The translations under genes and the position numbers were made by a program. Positions 1 to 8,583 of a DNA stretch of 42,542 nt are shown piece by piece. This DNA comes from Candidatus Aerophobota bacterium (GTDB taxonomy: Bacteria > Aerophobota > Aerophobia > Aerophobales > JAGGXI01): NCBI GenBank assembly GCA_034659655.1, contig JAYEHT010000207.1, positions 1 to 42,542 of the forward strand. Direction: 5' to 3'. Under the pieces are notes generated by a model. It was not told the origin of the DNA. It did not search any database and worked only from the letters and a program-made list of their open reading frames with translations. Every line of letters begins with the position of its first letter. The stretch's first letter is position 1.

Positions 1-783
1 CTGCACATCTTCCTCCCAGGCTCTCTTAGCCAACTCTCCCAGAAGAATTAACTCCTGAAACTGAGCTCTGTCTGTAGAATCAGCTATACATCCCGGACGA
101 AAACCATCCCCTAAGCTTAAAGTAAGATCGTACTTTTTAGCTATTTCCAGAAGACGCTCGTAATCCTCATAAAGGGGATTTTCTCTCTCATTAGCTATCA
201 TCCAGGTAGTTAAAAATGCTCCTCCTCGACTAACTATATCAGTAACTCTTCCTTCCCTTTTAAGGCGCTCTAACGAGGCTCTGGTCACACCACAATGGAC
301 AGTAACAAAATCAACTCCATCTTCAGCCTGTCTTTCAATTACCTCAAATACCTTGTCTTTATCCATCCTTACCAGAGCTTCCTTTTCTGCAATTGTTTCA
401 ATGGCTGCCTGGTAAATGGGAACTGTGCCTAAGGGAACAGGGGAAGAATCCAAAATGGCCCTTCGGATTCTATCCAGATCACCTCCTGTGCTTAAGTCCA
501 TAACTGTATCTGTTTCTGCATCAATGGCTACCTTTAATTTCTTCAGCTCATAGCTTAAATCTATATTATCGGTAGATGTCCCGATGTTGGTATTTACTTT
601 GGTCTTTGTCTTGCTGCCAATAGCTTTTATCTTAAGTAAATTATGTCTTATATTCTTGGGAATAATTATCTCTCCTTTTGCTATTCTCTCACCAATAAAA
701 TCAGGGGTTAAAGATTCCTCCCTGGCTATTTTTTTCATCTCAGGAGTAATTACCCCCTTTTTTGCTTCACTTAATTGAGTCAT
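1..783 (-). CDS. thiC: Phosphomethylpyrimidine synthase ThiC, N-terminal 261 codons; the 3' end lies beyond the window edge
   Basis: My own translation of the minus strand from ATG 783-781 (SD AGGGAGGA upstream) stays open to position 1. It reads [20 protein letters not shown]...KVNTNIGTS...[10 protein letters not shown]...VPIYQA...DFVTVHCG...SRGGAF...[10 protein letters not shown], the conserved ThiC blocks. It is absent from the ORF track because it has no stop inside the window. Confidence 0.9.
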   Translation of the reverse strand, partial: MTQLSEAKKGVITPEMKKIAREESLTPDFIGERIAKGEIIIPKNIRHNLLKIKAIGSKTKTKVNTNIGTSTDNIDLSYELKKLKVAIDAETDTVMDLSTGGDLDRIRRAILDSSPVPLGTVPIYQAAIETIAEKEALVRMDKDKVFEVIERQAEDGVDFVTVHCGVTRASLERLKREGRVTDIVSRGGAFLTTWMIANERENPLYEDYERLLEIAKKYDLTLSLGDGFRPGCIADSTDRAQFQELILLGELAKRAWEEDVQ

Positions 784-873
784 TTTATTAAATCCTCCCT
801 TATTTATATCCTGCTGCCTTTAATACAGCTTCCTCCTCATTTCATCAAGTTCTCCTTAAAATTCCTCTTCTTA

Positions 874-901
874 ATTATAAGTAAAACGCTTTTTCTGTCA
901 A
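874..901 (-). promoter_or_regulatory. Sigma70-type promoter TTGACA-N16-TATAAT upstream of thiC
   Basis: The minus strand reads TTGACA (901-896), a 16-nt spacer, then TATAAT (879-874), about 90 nt upstream of the thiC ATG. Checked base by base. Confidence 0.5.
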
Positions 902-1022
902 ACTGAACTTTTGCGAGACCTCCAAAAAATCTCCAGAGTCCTCTGATAACCTAATCTGTGTAATTTAGACTTTTATCTGTGGAATCAGAAATTTCTTTTG
1001 CACAGAATTGCATAGGCTTGGA

Positions 1023-1868
1023 TCAGTTCCCCTCACTCTTTAATACTATATCTCCCTTTCTGCATCCCAGATCCCTTGCTATTATCGAGCATTTCGCTTT
1101 AAGAAGAAAGAAAATGGGTCTTTTCTCCTCAGATAAACTCTCATAGTTTCCCTGTCCTTTGCTGATGATTAGTTTGGAGGAGTTATACAGGGCAAAGAAT
1201 TTTTTTGAGCAGAGGGAAAGAGTATTTCCTGGAGCGTCGGAACCGGAGGAGATAACCTTAGTTATCTTATCCATTCCGAAAAATAGGGCATCCTCCAGGG
1301 TAGCATCATTTACGACCGGTTTTCTCCTAACTGCATAGGTGACTTTTTTATTTAGCTGTTCTATCAATATTTTATCAAAGGGAACTTCGCTGGAATTATC
1401 ACCCAGATATAGAATTTCCTCTGTTTCTCTTAATGCTTTTTTAAATTTAGCGTAGTCAAATATAGCAAATTCCTGATTTAAAATTGTTTTTATCTCCTGT
1501 TCGAGATTTAGCCGAACAGGCACTCCAAAATCGACAACATTTCCTATAATAGCTACTCTTATTGCAGTAAGAAGAGAGTCTTCAGCCTTTTCCACCTCGC
1601 TCTTTAATTGAGGATATAGCTTTAGAGCTATTTTATTATATTTTTCCTTAATTTTTTTATAAGGATCAAGGGAGCCTGTTGCTTTTTGGATAATTGTGTG
1701 AATCTTTTTTCCTATTTGAGGTGGGGTGCTATCCAAAGAAATTGAAGGGATCTCTTTGGCTATCTCTTCTAAGATTTTCTTCTGTTTTTTCTCATCCTTT
1801 GTAAACAGTCGAGCCGCCGTTAATCCCTGCCTAAAAAAACAGGGTATACAATCAAGATATGTTCTCAT
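1023..1868 (-). CDS. DUF89 family protein (ARMT1-like damage-control phosphatase)
   Basis: 281-aa ORF. It has the N-terminal CIPCFFRQ motif and a GDNSSE metal-site-like block typical of DUF89 subfamily proteins, and sits 11 nt downstream of yggS. Confidence 0.7.
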   Translation of the reverse strand: MRTYLDCIPCFFRQGLTAARLFTKDEKKQKKILEEIAKEIPSISLDSTPPQIGKKIHTIIQKATGSLDPYKKIKEKYNKIALKLYPQLKSEVEKAEDSLLTAIRVAIIGNVVDFGVPVRLNLEQEIKTILNQEFAIFDYAKFKKALRETEEILYLGDNSSEVPFDKILIEQLNKKVTYAVRRKPVVNDATLEDALFFGMDKITKVISSGSDAPGNTLSLCSKKFFALYNSSKLIISKGQGNYESLSEEKRPIFFLLKAKCSIIARDLGCRKGDIVLKSEGN

Positions 1869-1879
1869 ATTCTTAATCC

Positions 1880-2548
1880 CTATTCGCGGGGTCCAAAGAT
1901 CTTTGTCCCTATCCGTACAATATTTGCCCCCTCTTCAATGGCGACGCGGTAAGAGTTACTCATCCCCATAGAAAGATACCTCATTTCCACATTAGGGATG
2001 CTCATCTCTTTTATTTTCTCAAGTATTTCCCTTGTCTTTTTAAAATACGGTCTTGCATCCTCCGGGTTTCCGAAACGAGGTCCCATAGTCATTAAACCCA
2101 TTATTTTTATATTTTGAAGATTAGAAATCTCTTTCATTAATTCAATTGTTTTTTCTGGTAACACTCCTGATTTCTGAGGTTCTCTGCCACTATTAATTTC
2201 AATCAATATAGGCATCACTTTGTTAATTTGAGCGCACCTTTTACCGATCTCTGCTGCTATTTCAAATGAATCAACAGTTTCTATTATGTCAAACATCTCT
2301 AATGTTTTCCTTTTTAAAAGATCATGTTTTTGTGTTTTAGGAATTCCGATAAAGTGCCATTTTGCTCTCTTTCCTGTTGCTATATATGCTCTTTTTGCTT
2401 CTCCAATATAGTTCTCTCCGATACTCTTAATTCCTGCATCTATAGCTTTAAGTATCTCTTCGGGTGTTCTTGTTTTTGCTGCAGCAACAAGGATAATGTT
2501 CTCCGGAATCTCCTCTAATAAATACTTTACATTTTCTTTTATTCCCAT
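1880..2548 (-). CDS. yggS: YggS-family PLP-binding (PLP homeostasis) protein
   Basis: 222 aa, with LVAAAKTRTPEEI (PLP lysine region), GENY, WHFIG and SMGMS..Y..A blocks characteristic of the YggS/PROSC family. Confidence 0.85.
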   Translation of the reverse strand: MGIKENVKYLLEEIPENIILVAAAKTRTPEEILKAIDAGIKSIGENYIGEAKRAYIATGKRAKWHFIGIPKTQKHDLLKRKTLEMFDIIETVDSFEIAAEIGKRCAQINKVMPILIEINSGREPQKSGVLPEKTIELMKEISNLQNIKIMGLMTMGPRFGNPEDARPYFKKTREILEKIKEMSIPNVEMRYLSMGMSNSYRVAIEEGANIVRIGTKIFGPRE

Positions 2549-2568
2549 ATCTCCTCCTGGATTTATTC

Positions 2569-2961
2569 TTAAGAAGATGATTTCACAGATTCTAAAAACT
2601 CCATTAATCTCTTCAAGGTAATCGCACTAATGGAATGTTCCATTTTACAAGCATCCTCATTGGCGGTTTCAGGATCAATCTCCAGCACTTCATTTAAAAA
2701 CTTAAAAAGAGTCCGATGGCGAGATTTAACTTCTTCTGCTAATTCGTTTCCTTTCTTAGTTAATTCTATTTTCCCGTATCTCTCGTGTCTTACCAATCTT
2801 TCTTTAGACAAGAATTTTAGAGTTTCACTCACGCTGGGCATTTTTATCTTCAGTTCTTGAGCAATATTTTTTACTCTGACTACCTGCTTTATCTTTTTCA
2901 GGTTACTTATAACCTCTAAATAATCTTCCATAGTAGGAGTCAATGTCTTCTCCATTATCAA
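2569..2961 (-). CDS. DtxR/IdeR-family metal-dependent repressor (short form, HTH plus dimerisation/metal domain, no SH3-like domain)
   Basis: MEDYLEVI... N-terminal wHTH and a C-x-x-E-H ligand block (EDACKMEHS), as in DtxR/IdeR. It is the last gene of the feo operon, and a matching operator lies at 5159-5176. Confidence 0.8.
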   Translation of the reverse strand: MIMEKTLTPTMEDYLEVISNLKKIKQVVRVKNIAQELKIKMPSVSETLKFLSKERLVRHERYGKIELTKKGNELAEEVKSRHRTLFKFLNEVLEIDPETANEDACKMEHSISAITLKRLMEFLESVKSSS

Positions 2962-2977
2962 GACCCCCTTTTCTCAA

Positions 2978-4402
2978 TTATAAAGTAAATAAGCTAAATA
3001 ATATTGAATGGAGTAATCCCCCTACTCCAAAAGCGACAACAAGCATAATGAGAGTGCTCTTTATAGTTCCCCTTATCCCTAATTCTTTTAAAAATACAAC
3101 AAAGGTAGCTGCGCAGGGAAAATAGATAACCAGAATTGCTACTGCAATCACTGCCTGGTAGAAATTCATAATGTTTTCATTCAGTAAGGGGATAAGGAGT
3201 CCTGTGGCTACATCCTTTCTTAGGAAGCCTATTATTAAAGGATAGATAGCCTCTTTGGGTAGTCCCAACCATCTTCCCAGAAGGGGAGATAAAATTTGAG
3301 ATAAGTAGTCTGTTATTCTCAAGGTATGTAAAATATTCACGAGTATAATTCCCACAAATACCCAGGGGATTGCCTCCAATAAAAATTGCTGAATTCTTAG
3401 TCCTGTCTTCATCACCAGGTTAGAAATTCGAGGCAATCTATATGGAGGGATTTCTATAGCTATCTCAGGAGCTTCTCCCTTTAATACTCTGTTAAGTATG
3501 CTTCCCATACTAACAAAAATAGCCATTAAAATAAGATAGATTAAGATAACCCAGTGCAAGCCAAAAGGGCCGATAACCCTTAAAATCACTGCTGTTTGAG
3601 CCATGCAGGGGATGGATATCCCGAGTAGAGTAAGCATCATAAATCTCTGTTTATCAGAAGTTAAAACTCTTGCTGCCATAACCCCGGGAACATTGCAGCC
3701 AAAAGAGAGGATAACCGGAACAATGGAATATCCATGCAGCCCTATCCTGTGAAATATAGTATCCACCAGAATAGCTAAACGGGGAAGATAACCAACATCT
3801 TCGAGTAGAGTAAGAATAATATAAAAGATTAAAACAGCTGGCAAAACAATCCCTATAGGGACAAAAATCCCTGTAGTAAGAATACCAAAAGATTCTAAAT
3901 ATCCGGCTCCTGGAGTCCCCAGAAGCATATCATGGATGAAACCTCTCGGAAATACCCCTTCTATCAGAGAACGGATAAAGACATCGTAAGGACCCTCAAA
4001 AAAAGGAACCATTATCCCATCGGTAATAAATCCGGCTGTGGTAATAAAAAATTTAAATACTCCAATAAGAATAATTGCCGCTATAGGTAGACCGATAAAA
4101 GGCTTTACCGTGGCATCTCCCAGTTTTTCGAGAAGGGTGGGATGGCGATGGTGAACTTTTTGCACCCGATTAGCGATAGCACCTGCCTGTCCAAATCTTG
4201 CCTTTAGCATAGTCAGCTCTATAGGCTCTTTATGGTCTTTTTCTACCTCCAAAATCGCTTCTTGCCAGATTTTCTTAGGCACCCGGTTTTTAAGTCTCTT
4301 ATCTCCCTCTAAGGCAAGAATTATCTTCCATCTAGGCAAACTGCTCTTTTTTTGTATATTCTCAATGGCTGCTTCTATCCTTGGTTCAAATCTTATCCCC
4401 AT
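2978..4402 (-). CDS. feoB: Ferrous iron transporter FeoB, helical plus membrane permease portion
   Basis: 474 aa and polytopic, with FeoB gate-type motifs (SFGCNVPGVMAAR, CAATFVV). It begins with the helical domain that normally follows the G domain. Confidence 0.9.
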   Translation of the reverse strand: MGIRFEPRIEAAIENIQKKSSLPRWKIILALEGDKRLKNRVPKKIWQEAILEVEKDHKEPIELTMLKARFGQAGAIANRVQKVHHRHPTLLEKLGDATVKPFIGLPIAAIILIGVFKFFITTAGFITDGIMVPFFEGPYDVFIRSLIEGVFPRGFIHDMLLGTPGAGYLESFGILTTGIFVPIGIVLPAVLIFYIILTLLEDVGYLPRLAILVDTIFHRIGLHGYSIVPVILSFGCNVPGVMAARVLTSDKQRFMMLTLLGISIPCMAQTAVILRVIGPFGLHWVILIYLILMAIFVSMGSILNRVLKGEAPEIAIEIPPYRLPRISNLVMKTGLRIQQFLLEAIPWVFVGIILVNILHTLRITDYLSQILSPLLGRWLGLPKEAIYPLIIGFLRKDVATGLLIPLLNENIMNFYQAVIAVAILVIYFPCAATFVVFLKELGIRGTIKSTLIMLVVAFGVGGLLHSILFSLFTL

Positions 4403-4896
4403 CTCTTATCTCTTTTTAGTATCTCCGTAGTTGCCATTCTTAATTCCCCAATTCCTTCTCCGCTTATAGCTACGGTGGAAACCACAGGAGTTTTTAGTTC
4501 TCTTGACAGTGCAGATGTATCTATCTCTATACCCTGCTCTCGGGCTACATCAATCATATTTAAATCGAGAATCAAAGGAATAGGAATTTCTCTTAATTGT
4601 AAGGTAAGATAAAGATTTCTCTCTAAATTGGTAGCGTCCGCTATGTTAATGATTAGGTCTGTTTTTTCTTTTAAAAGAAGATTAACCGCCGCCTCTTCTG
4701 CTTTATCAGAAGGAATAAGAGAGTAAGCTCCTGGTGCATCAATTATTCTTATTCTTTTCCCCTCAATGATTATGCTTCCTTCTAAGAATTCAACGGTAGT
4801 GCCTGGATAATTAGAGATGATAACCTTTATCCCTGTAAGGCGATTAAAAATGACACTTTTCCCCACATTAGGATTTCCCATTAACAGTATCCTCAT
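4393..4896 (-). CDS. feoB: FeoB N-terminal GTPase (G) domain encoded as a separate ORF
   Basis: 167 aa with GNPNVGKS (G1), DAPG (G3) and NMID (G4). Its stop overlaps the next ORF start by 10 nt (ATGGGGATAA). Confidence 0.85.
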   Translation of the reverse strand: MRILLMGNPNVGKSVIFNRLTGIKVIISNYPGTTVEFLEGSIIIEGKRIRIIDAPGAYSLIPSDKAEEAAVNLLLKEKTDLIINIADATNLERNLYLTLQLREIPIPLILDLNMIDVAREQGIEIDTSALSRELKTPVVSTVAISGEGIGELRMATTEILKRDKRWG

Positions 4897-5123
4897 TAGC
4901 CTATTCTCTTGACCATAATTCTTCTTGCTATCCCTCGACCAATGGTTACGCGGGCCCCTCCTATATCAATGACAATCGGCCCTCCCATTGGCTGGCTGGT
5001 TATTTTATAAATAATTTTCCCCGGAAGAACACCCAGAGAAATCAGGTGCCTTTGCATTCCAAATCCACCTCTTAACTTCACTATCTGTGCTTCTATGCCT
5101 ATTGGTAGTTCTATTAAGCTCAT
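4896..5123 (-). CDS. feoA: FeoA family protein
   Basis: A 75-aa SH3-like FeoA-size protein directly upstream of, and overlapping, the feoB G-domain ORF. Confidence 0.75.
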   Translation of the reverse strand: MSLIELPIGIEAQIVKLRGGFGMQRHLISLGVLPGKIIYKITSQPMGGPIVIDIGGARVTIGRGIARRIMVKRIG

Positions 5124-5158
5124 TTTCGCCCCTTACATTTAAATTAGTTTTGCCCATT

Positions 5159-5208
5159 TGTTAGGTTAACCTAACATTTATAATAATAAAAAATAGAATT
5201 CTGTCAAT
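5159..5208 (-). promoter_or_regulatory. feo promoter with DtxR/IdeR-type palindromic operator
   Basis: A perfect 18-bp palindrome TGTTAGGTTAACCTAACA lies at 5159-5176, with half-sites as in the IdeR/DtxR iron box TTAGGTTAGSCTAACCTAA. On the minus strand it sits 2 nt downstream of TATAAA (5182-5177), with TTGACA at 5208-5203 (19-nt spacer). Confidence 0.55.
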
Positions 5209-5229
5209 CACGTAGATTAAATAATTTTT

Positions 5230-5874
5230 TTATACTCCTACCTTGTCACAAAATTTCTTCAGAGGGCAGAGGTTACATTTAGGTGAGATGGGACGACAGA
5301 GGTTTTGTCCCAGGGCGACCAGAAGATGGTTAAATTCTATCCAGTACTGGGGTGGAAGTTTTTCTCGAAGAGCAAATTCTGTTTTCTCGGGAGTCAGCGT
5401 TTTAATGTAACCCCATCGGTTGCAGATTCGGTGAACATGAGTGTCTACACAGATCCCTGGTTTTGTGTAACCTAAGGTAATTACTAAATTAGCTGTTTTT
5501 CTCCCTACTCCTTTGAATTTTAGAAGCTCGTTCACTTTATCAGGAACCCTACAGTTATATTTTTGCACAAGCTGCTCTGATATTCGGAGAATGGTGCGAG
5601 TTTTGTTTCGGTAGAATCCAACTGGATAAATTGCTTTCTCAATCTGGCGAGGAGTTAGCCTTAGCATTGATTGTGGATTGTCAGCCAACCGAAAAAGCCT
5701 TTTTGCTGCCTCATTGGTGGTTTTATCCTGCGTCCGAAGGCTTAAGATGCAGGAGATGAGAACTTTGAAGGGATCAGGGGGAGGTCCTGAAACTCTACCT
5801 ACAACAGGAACTTTCCATTTAGATGCTAATTGGTGCAATATCTTCATTACTTTGTGAATATCGCTGTTCTTCAC
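5230..5874 (-). CDS. nth: Endonuclease III (DNA glycosylase/AP lyase)
   Basis: HhH-GPD block (LLKFKGVGRKTANLV) and a C-terminal 4Fe-4S motif C-x6-C-x2-C-x5-C (CRPISPKCNLCPLKKFC). The start could be the GTG at 5874 or the ATG 9 codons in. Confidence 0.9.
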   Translation of the reverse strand: MKNSDIHKVMKILHQLASKWKVPVVGRVSGPPPDPFKVLISCILSLRTQDKTTNEAAKRLFRLADNPQSMLRLTPRQIEKAIYPVGFYRNKTRTILRISEQLVQKYNCRVPDKVNELLKFKGVGRKTANLVITLGYTKPGICVDTHVHRICNRWGYIKTLTPEKTEFALREKLPPQYWIEFNHLLVALGQNLCRPISPKCNLCPLKKFCDKVGV

Positions 5875-6133
5875 GGTTTAACTGCGGCTTTATTTTTTTC
5901 ATTCTATTTTTACAAAAAGTATGCATAAAGTCAATCTCAAGAAAATCCTAACTTTCACCTCAAGTGGCTGTTTTTGAATATAATTAGGAATGATTATGCG
6001 TGAGGTGCCTCGAGCGGTTTCCGTCAAATAAGTTTGCTTCCCTTCATTACCTGATCCACAAAAAGGGATTCTGAAACTGCCTTTAACAGAGGCAAAACCT
6101 GACTCCATAGAGTTTCTCCTTCTTCTTTCTATT

Positions 6134-6637
6134 TCACCCCTGGGGAGGAGAATGCTGGGTTAGTCTGCTTTTCATACTCGAAAGTTTGCGAATGTGTTTC
6201 TTTTCTTCCTGAATTATCTTTTTAACAAGGTCATTCTCCGGGGGGCTAACTACTTCAAGCATCTCGTAGAAGAAGAGAAGCGTCTCCTTTTCGAAGCTAA
6301 TAGCTGAATTGAGAGCCTCTATTTCACTTTTTGCCTCCCTGGCCATCTGGATAGCTTTATCGGGACCGGTAAAAAATCTGGAATCTATGAGAGCTTTAAG
6401 ATAGAGCTTTGCCTCCTCCCAATTGTAAGGAGCTGGTTCCTCTCGCTCCTTGAGTTTATCATAGAGACCCTGAAAAGTCTTGAGATGCTTTTCTTCTTCC
6501 TCCGCGAGATATTGGAGGAGTTCTCTAAGGTTCTTTTTCTTGGCTGATTTTGAAGCGGTTTGATAAAAAGCCTGACCGCTTCTTTCTGTACTTATGGCCA
6601 TTTCTACCACTTCCTGAACAGAAAAAAAGATACTCAT
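6134..6637 (-). CDS. Ferritin-like diiron protein (rubrerythrin family, no rubredoxin domain)
   Basis: 167 aa with a four-helix-bundle pattern carrying two E...ExxH sites (STERSG / AEEEEKH; FEKETL / IQEEKKH). Confidence 0.7.
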   Translation of the reverse strand: MSIFFSVQEVVEMAISTERSGQAFYQTASKSAKKKNLRELLQYLAEEEEKHLKTFQGLYDKLKEREEPAPYNWEEAKLYLKALIDSRFFTGPDKAIQMAREAKSEIEALNSAISFEKETLLFFYEMLEVVSPPENDLVKKIIQEEKKHIRKLSSMKSRLTQHSPPQG

Positions 6638-6690
6638 CTCTCCCTCCTTTCTATTCTTCAGGTAAATTTTCTCTTTCTTTGACTATCTTT

Positions 6691-7206
6691 TTATCCTCCA
6701 TCAAGCAGACCCCTTTCTTCCCAGAGAAACCAATCTCCGGAATCTTTAAGGTAAGAGCGGGTGGTTTCCAGCAGTTGATAATGTTCTTTTTCTTCCTCAA
6801 TTAACCTTTTGAAAAAAGCCCTCAGTTGAGAGCCCCAACTCTTTTTTAAAGCATTTTTGTAAAACTCAACGCTTTCCGACTCCATATTCATGCCAATTTT
6901 TAATGCTTCGAGTTCGTCAGGATTAGCTGCAATTCTTTCCTTAAGCTCACTCTTAACTTCCCGAAAGACAGTTTTGATTTTCTCTCTGGGCTTTTTCTCT
7001 CCAAAGAATCGGTCGAAATCTGAAAATTTAAGGTCAGCGAGGATGTTTCTTAAAACAGTTAGATGTTTTTTCTCATCCTCGGCAAAAGATAAGAACATCC
7101 TCTTACCAAAAGGATGGGAAGTTTTTTTGGCTGCCTTATGGTAGAAATCTATACCATCTTCTTCCATCTTAATAGCCGTTCTTATAACGTTAGAAAAATC
7201 ATTCAT
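6691..7206 (-). CDS. Ferritin-like diiron protein (rubrerythrin family, no rubredoxin domain), paralog of 6134-6637
   Basis: 171 aa with the same two E...ExxH sites (KMEEDG / AEDEKKH; NMESES / IEEEKEH). Confidence 0.7.
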   Translation of the reverse strand: MNDFSNVIRTAIKMEEDGIDFYHKAAKKTSHPFGKRMFLSFAEDEKKHLTVLRNILADLKFSDFDRFFGEKKPREKIKTVFREVKSELKERIAANPDELEALKIGMNMESESVEFYKNALKKSWGSQLRAFFKRLIEEEKEHYQLLETTRSYLKDSGDWFLWEERGLLDGG

Positions 7207-7274
7207 TTTTGTTACCTTTATTTAGTCATCGTTTTTTTAAACATATCTCATTCAAGTTACTTTTTAGTTATTAG

Positions 7275-7691
7275 CTAAATAAATAAGTTTATCTTACTTT
7301 CTTTGGCTTCCTGTATAAATTTTCCTACCGCCCCGTATTCATCAATAATCTCTTCTCGTAAATCTTCTTTTCTTATATTCATTATTCCCATAGTCATCTC
7401 GCAGGCGATAATTTTACCCCCTAACTCTTTATAATCTTTAAGTAATTTTTCCAGAGAAGCAAGATTGGCTTTCTTCATCTTTTTTCTCACTATCCATCTA
7501 CCCAAGCCCAAAAAGTTCATCCTGGATAGCTTTGCTTTATCCAGTTTCTTCTTTTTTAATCTTTCCAAACCCCAGAAGGTAAAAAAGAGTGTAGCCTCTA
7601 ATCCCATAGCTAATGCCCCCTTACCTATAATCAAAGCACTATAGACTTTATCCAGATCTCCGCTGTGTACAATAATATTTGCTTTTTTCAT
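7275..7691 (-). CDS. DsrE/DsrF-like sulfur-relay family protein
   Basis: 138 aa with the IVHSGDLDKVYSALI...FFTFWG...ACEMTM pattern of the DsrE-like family. Its start overlaps the TusA-like gene stop by 4 nt. Confidence 0.65.
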   Translation of the reverse strand: MKKANIIVHSGDLDKVYSALIIGKGALAMGLEATLFFTFWGLERLKKKKLDKAKLSRMNFLGLGRWIVRKKMKKANLASLEKLLKDYKELGGKIIACEMTMGIMNIRKEDLREEIIDEYGAVGKFIQEAKESKINLFI

Positions 7692-7933
7692 TCTCCTTCT
7701 TCTCTCATTTTCTTTATAAAGATATGCCAGAGTCCCTTCTCTCTTTCTTCTATTTTTAACAATTTGAATCCCAATGATTTCACCGCCATAGGGATTTCCT
7801 TCTTAGAAGCAGGATGAGTGCCTATGACTTCTACTACTTGCCCTTCTTTTGCCTTTCTTAACGCTTTCCTTGTTTCAACAAGAGGAATAGGACAGACTTG
7901 ATTTATGCAATCAACTTTAATATCTGAGTGCAT
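7688..7933 (-). CDS. TusA/SirA-like sulfurtransferase
   Basis: 81 aa with the conserved C-P-x-P motif (CPIPLVETRKAL). Confidence 0.8.
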   Translation of the reverse strand: MHSDIKVDCINQVCPIPLVETRKALRKAKEGQVVEVIGTHPASKKEIPMAVKSLGFKLLKIEEREKGLWHIFIKKMREEGE

Positions 7934-7946
7934 AGAGCTCTCCTTA

Positions 7947-8582
7947 TCAATCTATAAATTCTACCTTAACTTCTTTAACGTCCCATAAGGGTTTTATTCT
8001 TTCTACTATCTCGTCCTTAATGTTACCAGCAAATTGATTATCTTCAGGTATGTCTACACTCACTGTTACCTCTCCTTCCCCGACTTTGATATTCCTCACT
8101 ATATTGGTCTTCACAATATCCAAACCGACTATTGGATTTATAACGTGCTTCAGCCTCTTTAAAACTATATCTTCGGTAGTTTTCACTCTTTCTTTAATCA
8201 AGCCATGTTCTTGCTCATAATTATCAATAGCTGATTTTAAAGCATCAACAGCTAAAACTGCGCAGTGAACTTTAACTGGAGGAAGGCCACCCAGTTTCTC
8301 AGAAGCCATTTTCCAGGTCACTTTTTTTGCCTCTTCCAGAGTTTTACCTTTGGCTATGTCGGTAATAATTGAACCAGTAGCAATATTAGAAGCGCAACCA
8401 TAAGATTCAAACCTTATATCAGTAATACGCTTTTCTTTCTCGTCAACTTTAAGGTAAAGGCTTACCATATCTCCGCAGGCCGGACTTCCTTCCGTAGCTT
8501 TCGCATCGGGATTATCTATTTTGCCCACATTATGAGGATGCCTGAAGTGCTCCAATATTTTTTTGCTATAAGATAACGGCAT
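7947..8582 (-). CDS. iscU: IscU/NifU-type Fe-S scaffold fused to a C-terminal DUF59 (MIP18/SufT-like) domain
   Basis: The N-terminal ~135 aa carry the three scaffold cysteines (PACGD, YGCASN, HCAVLA). The C-terminal ~75 aa (LKHVINPIVGLDIVKTNIVRNIKV...VTVSVDIP) look like DUF59. Confidence 0.8.
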   Translation of the reverse strand: MPLSYSKKILEHFRHPHNVGKIDNPDAKATEGSPACGDMVSLYLKVDEKEKRITDIRFESYGCASNIATGSIITDIAKGKTLEEAKKVTWKMASEKLGGLPPVKVHCAVLAVDALKSAIDNYEQEHGLIKERVKTTEDIVLKRLKHVINPIVGLDIVKTNIVRNIKVGEGEVTVSVDIPEDNQFAGNIKDEIVERIKPLWDVKEVKVEFID

Positions 8583-8583
8583 T

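Noticed and set aside
1726-4612. Plus-strand ORFs 1726-1971, 2324-2518, 2630-2860, 2943-3125 and 4352-4612. Similar shadow ORFs occur opposite other confident genes: 6550-6804, 6890-7144, 10219-10467, 10852-11168, 11613-12078, 36578-37553, 37839-38156, 38603-38803 and 42056-42274.
   Set aside because: Each is antisense to a gene with strong family signatures, and each has low-complexity, Ser/Leu/Phe-rich products typical of shadow ORFs in AT-rich DNA.
5899-6108. A 69-aa minus-strand ORF between the erythrin-like gene and nth. It has AGGAG 7 nt upstream of its ATG.
   Set aside because: It has no recognisable motif and an odd composition, and the interval also has to hold the nth promoter. The support is insufficient to call it. 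I also looked for common riboswitch cores here and saw none.
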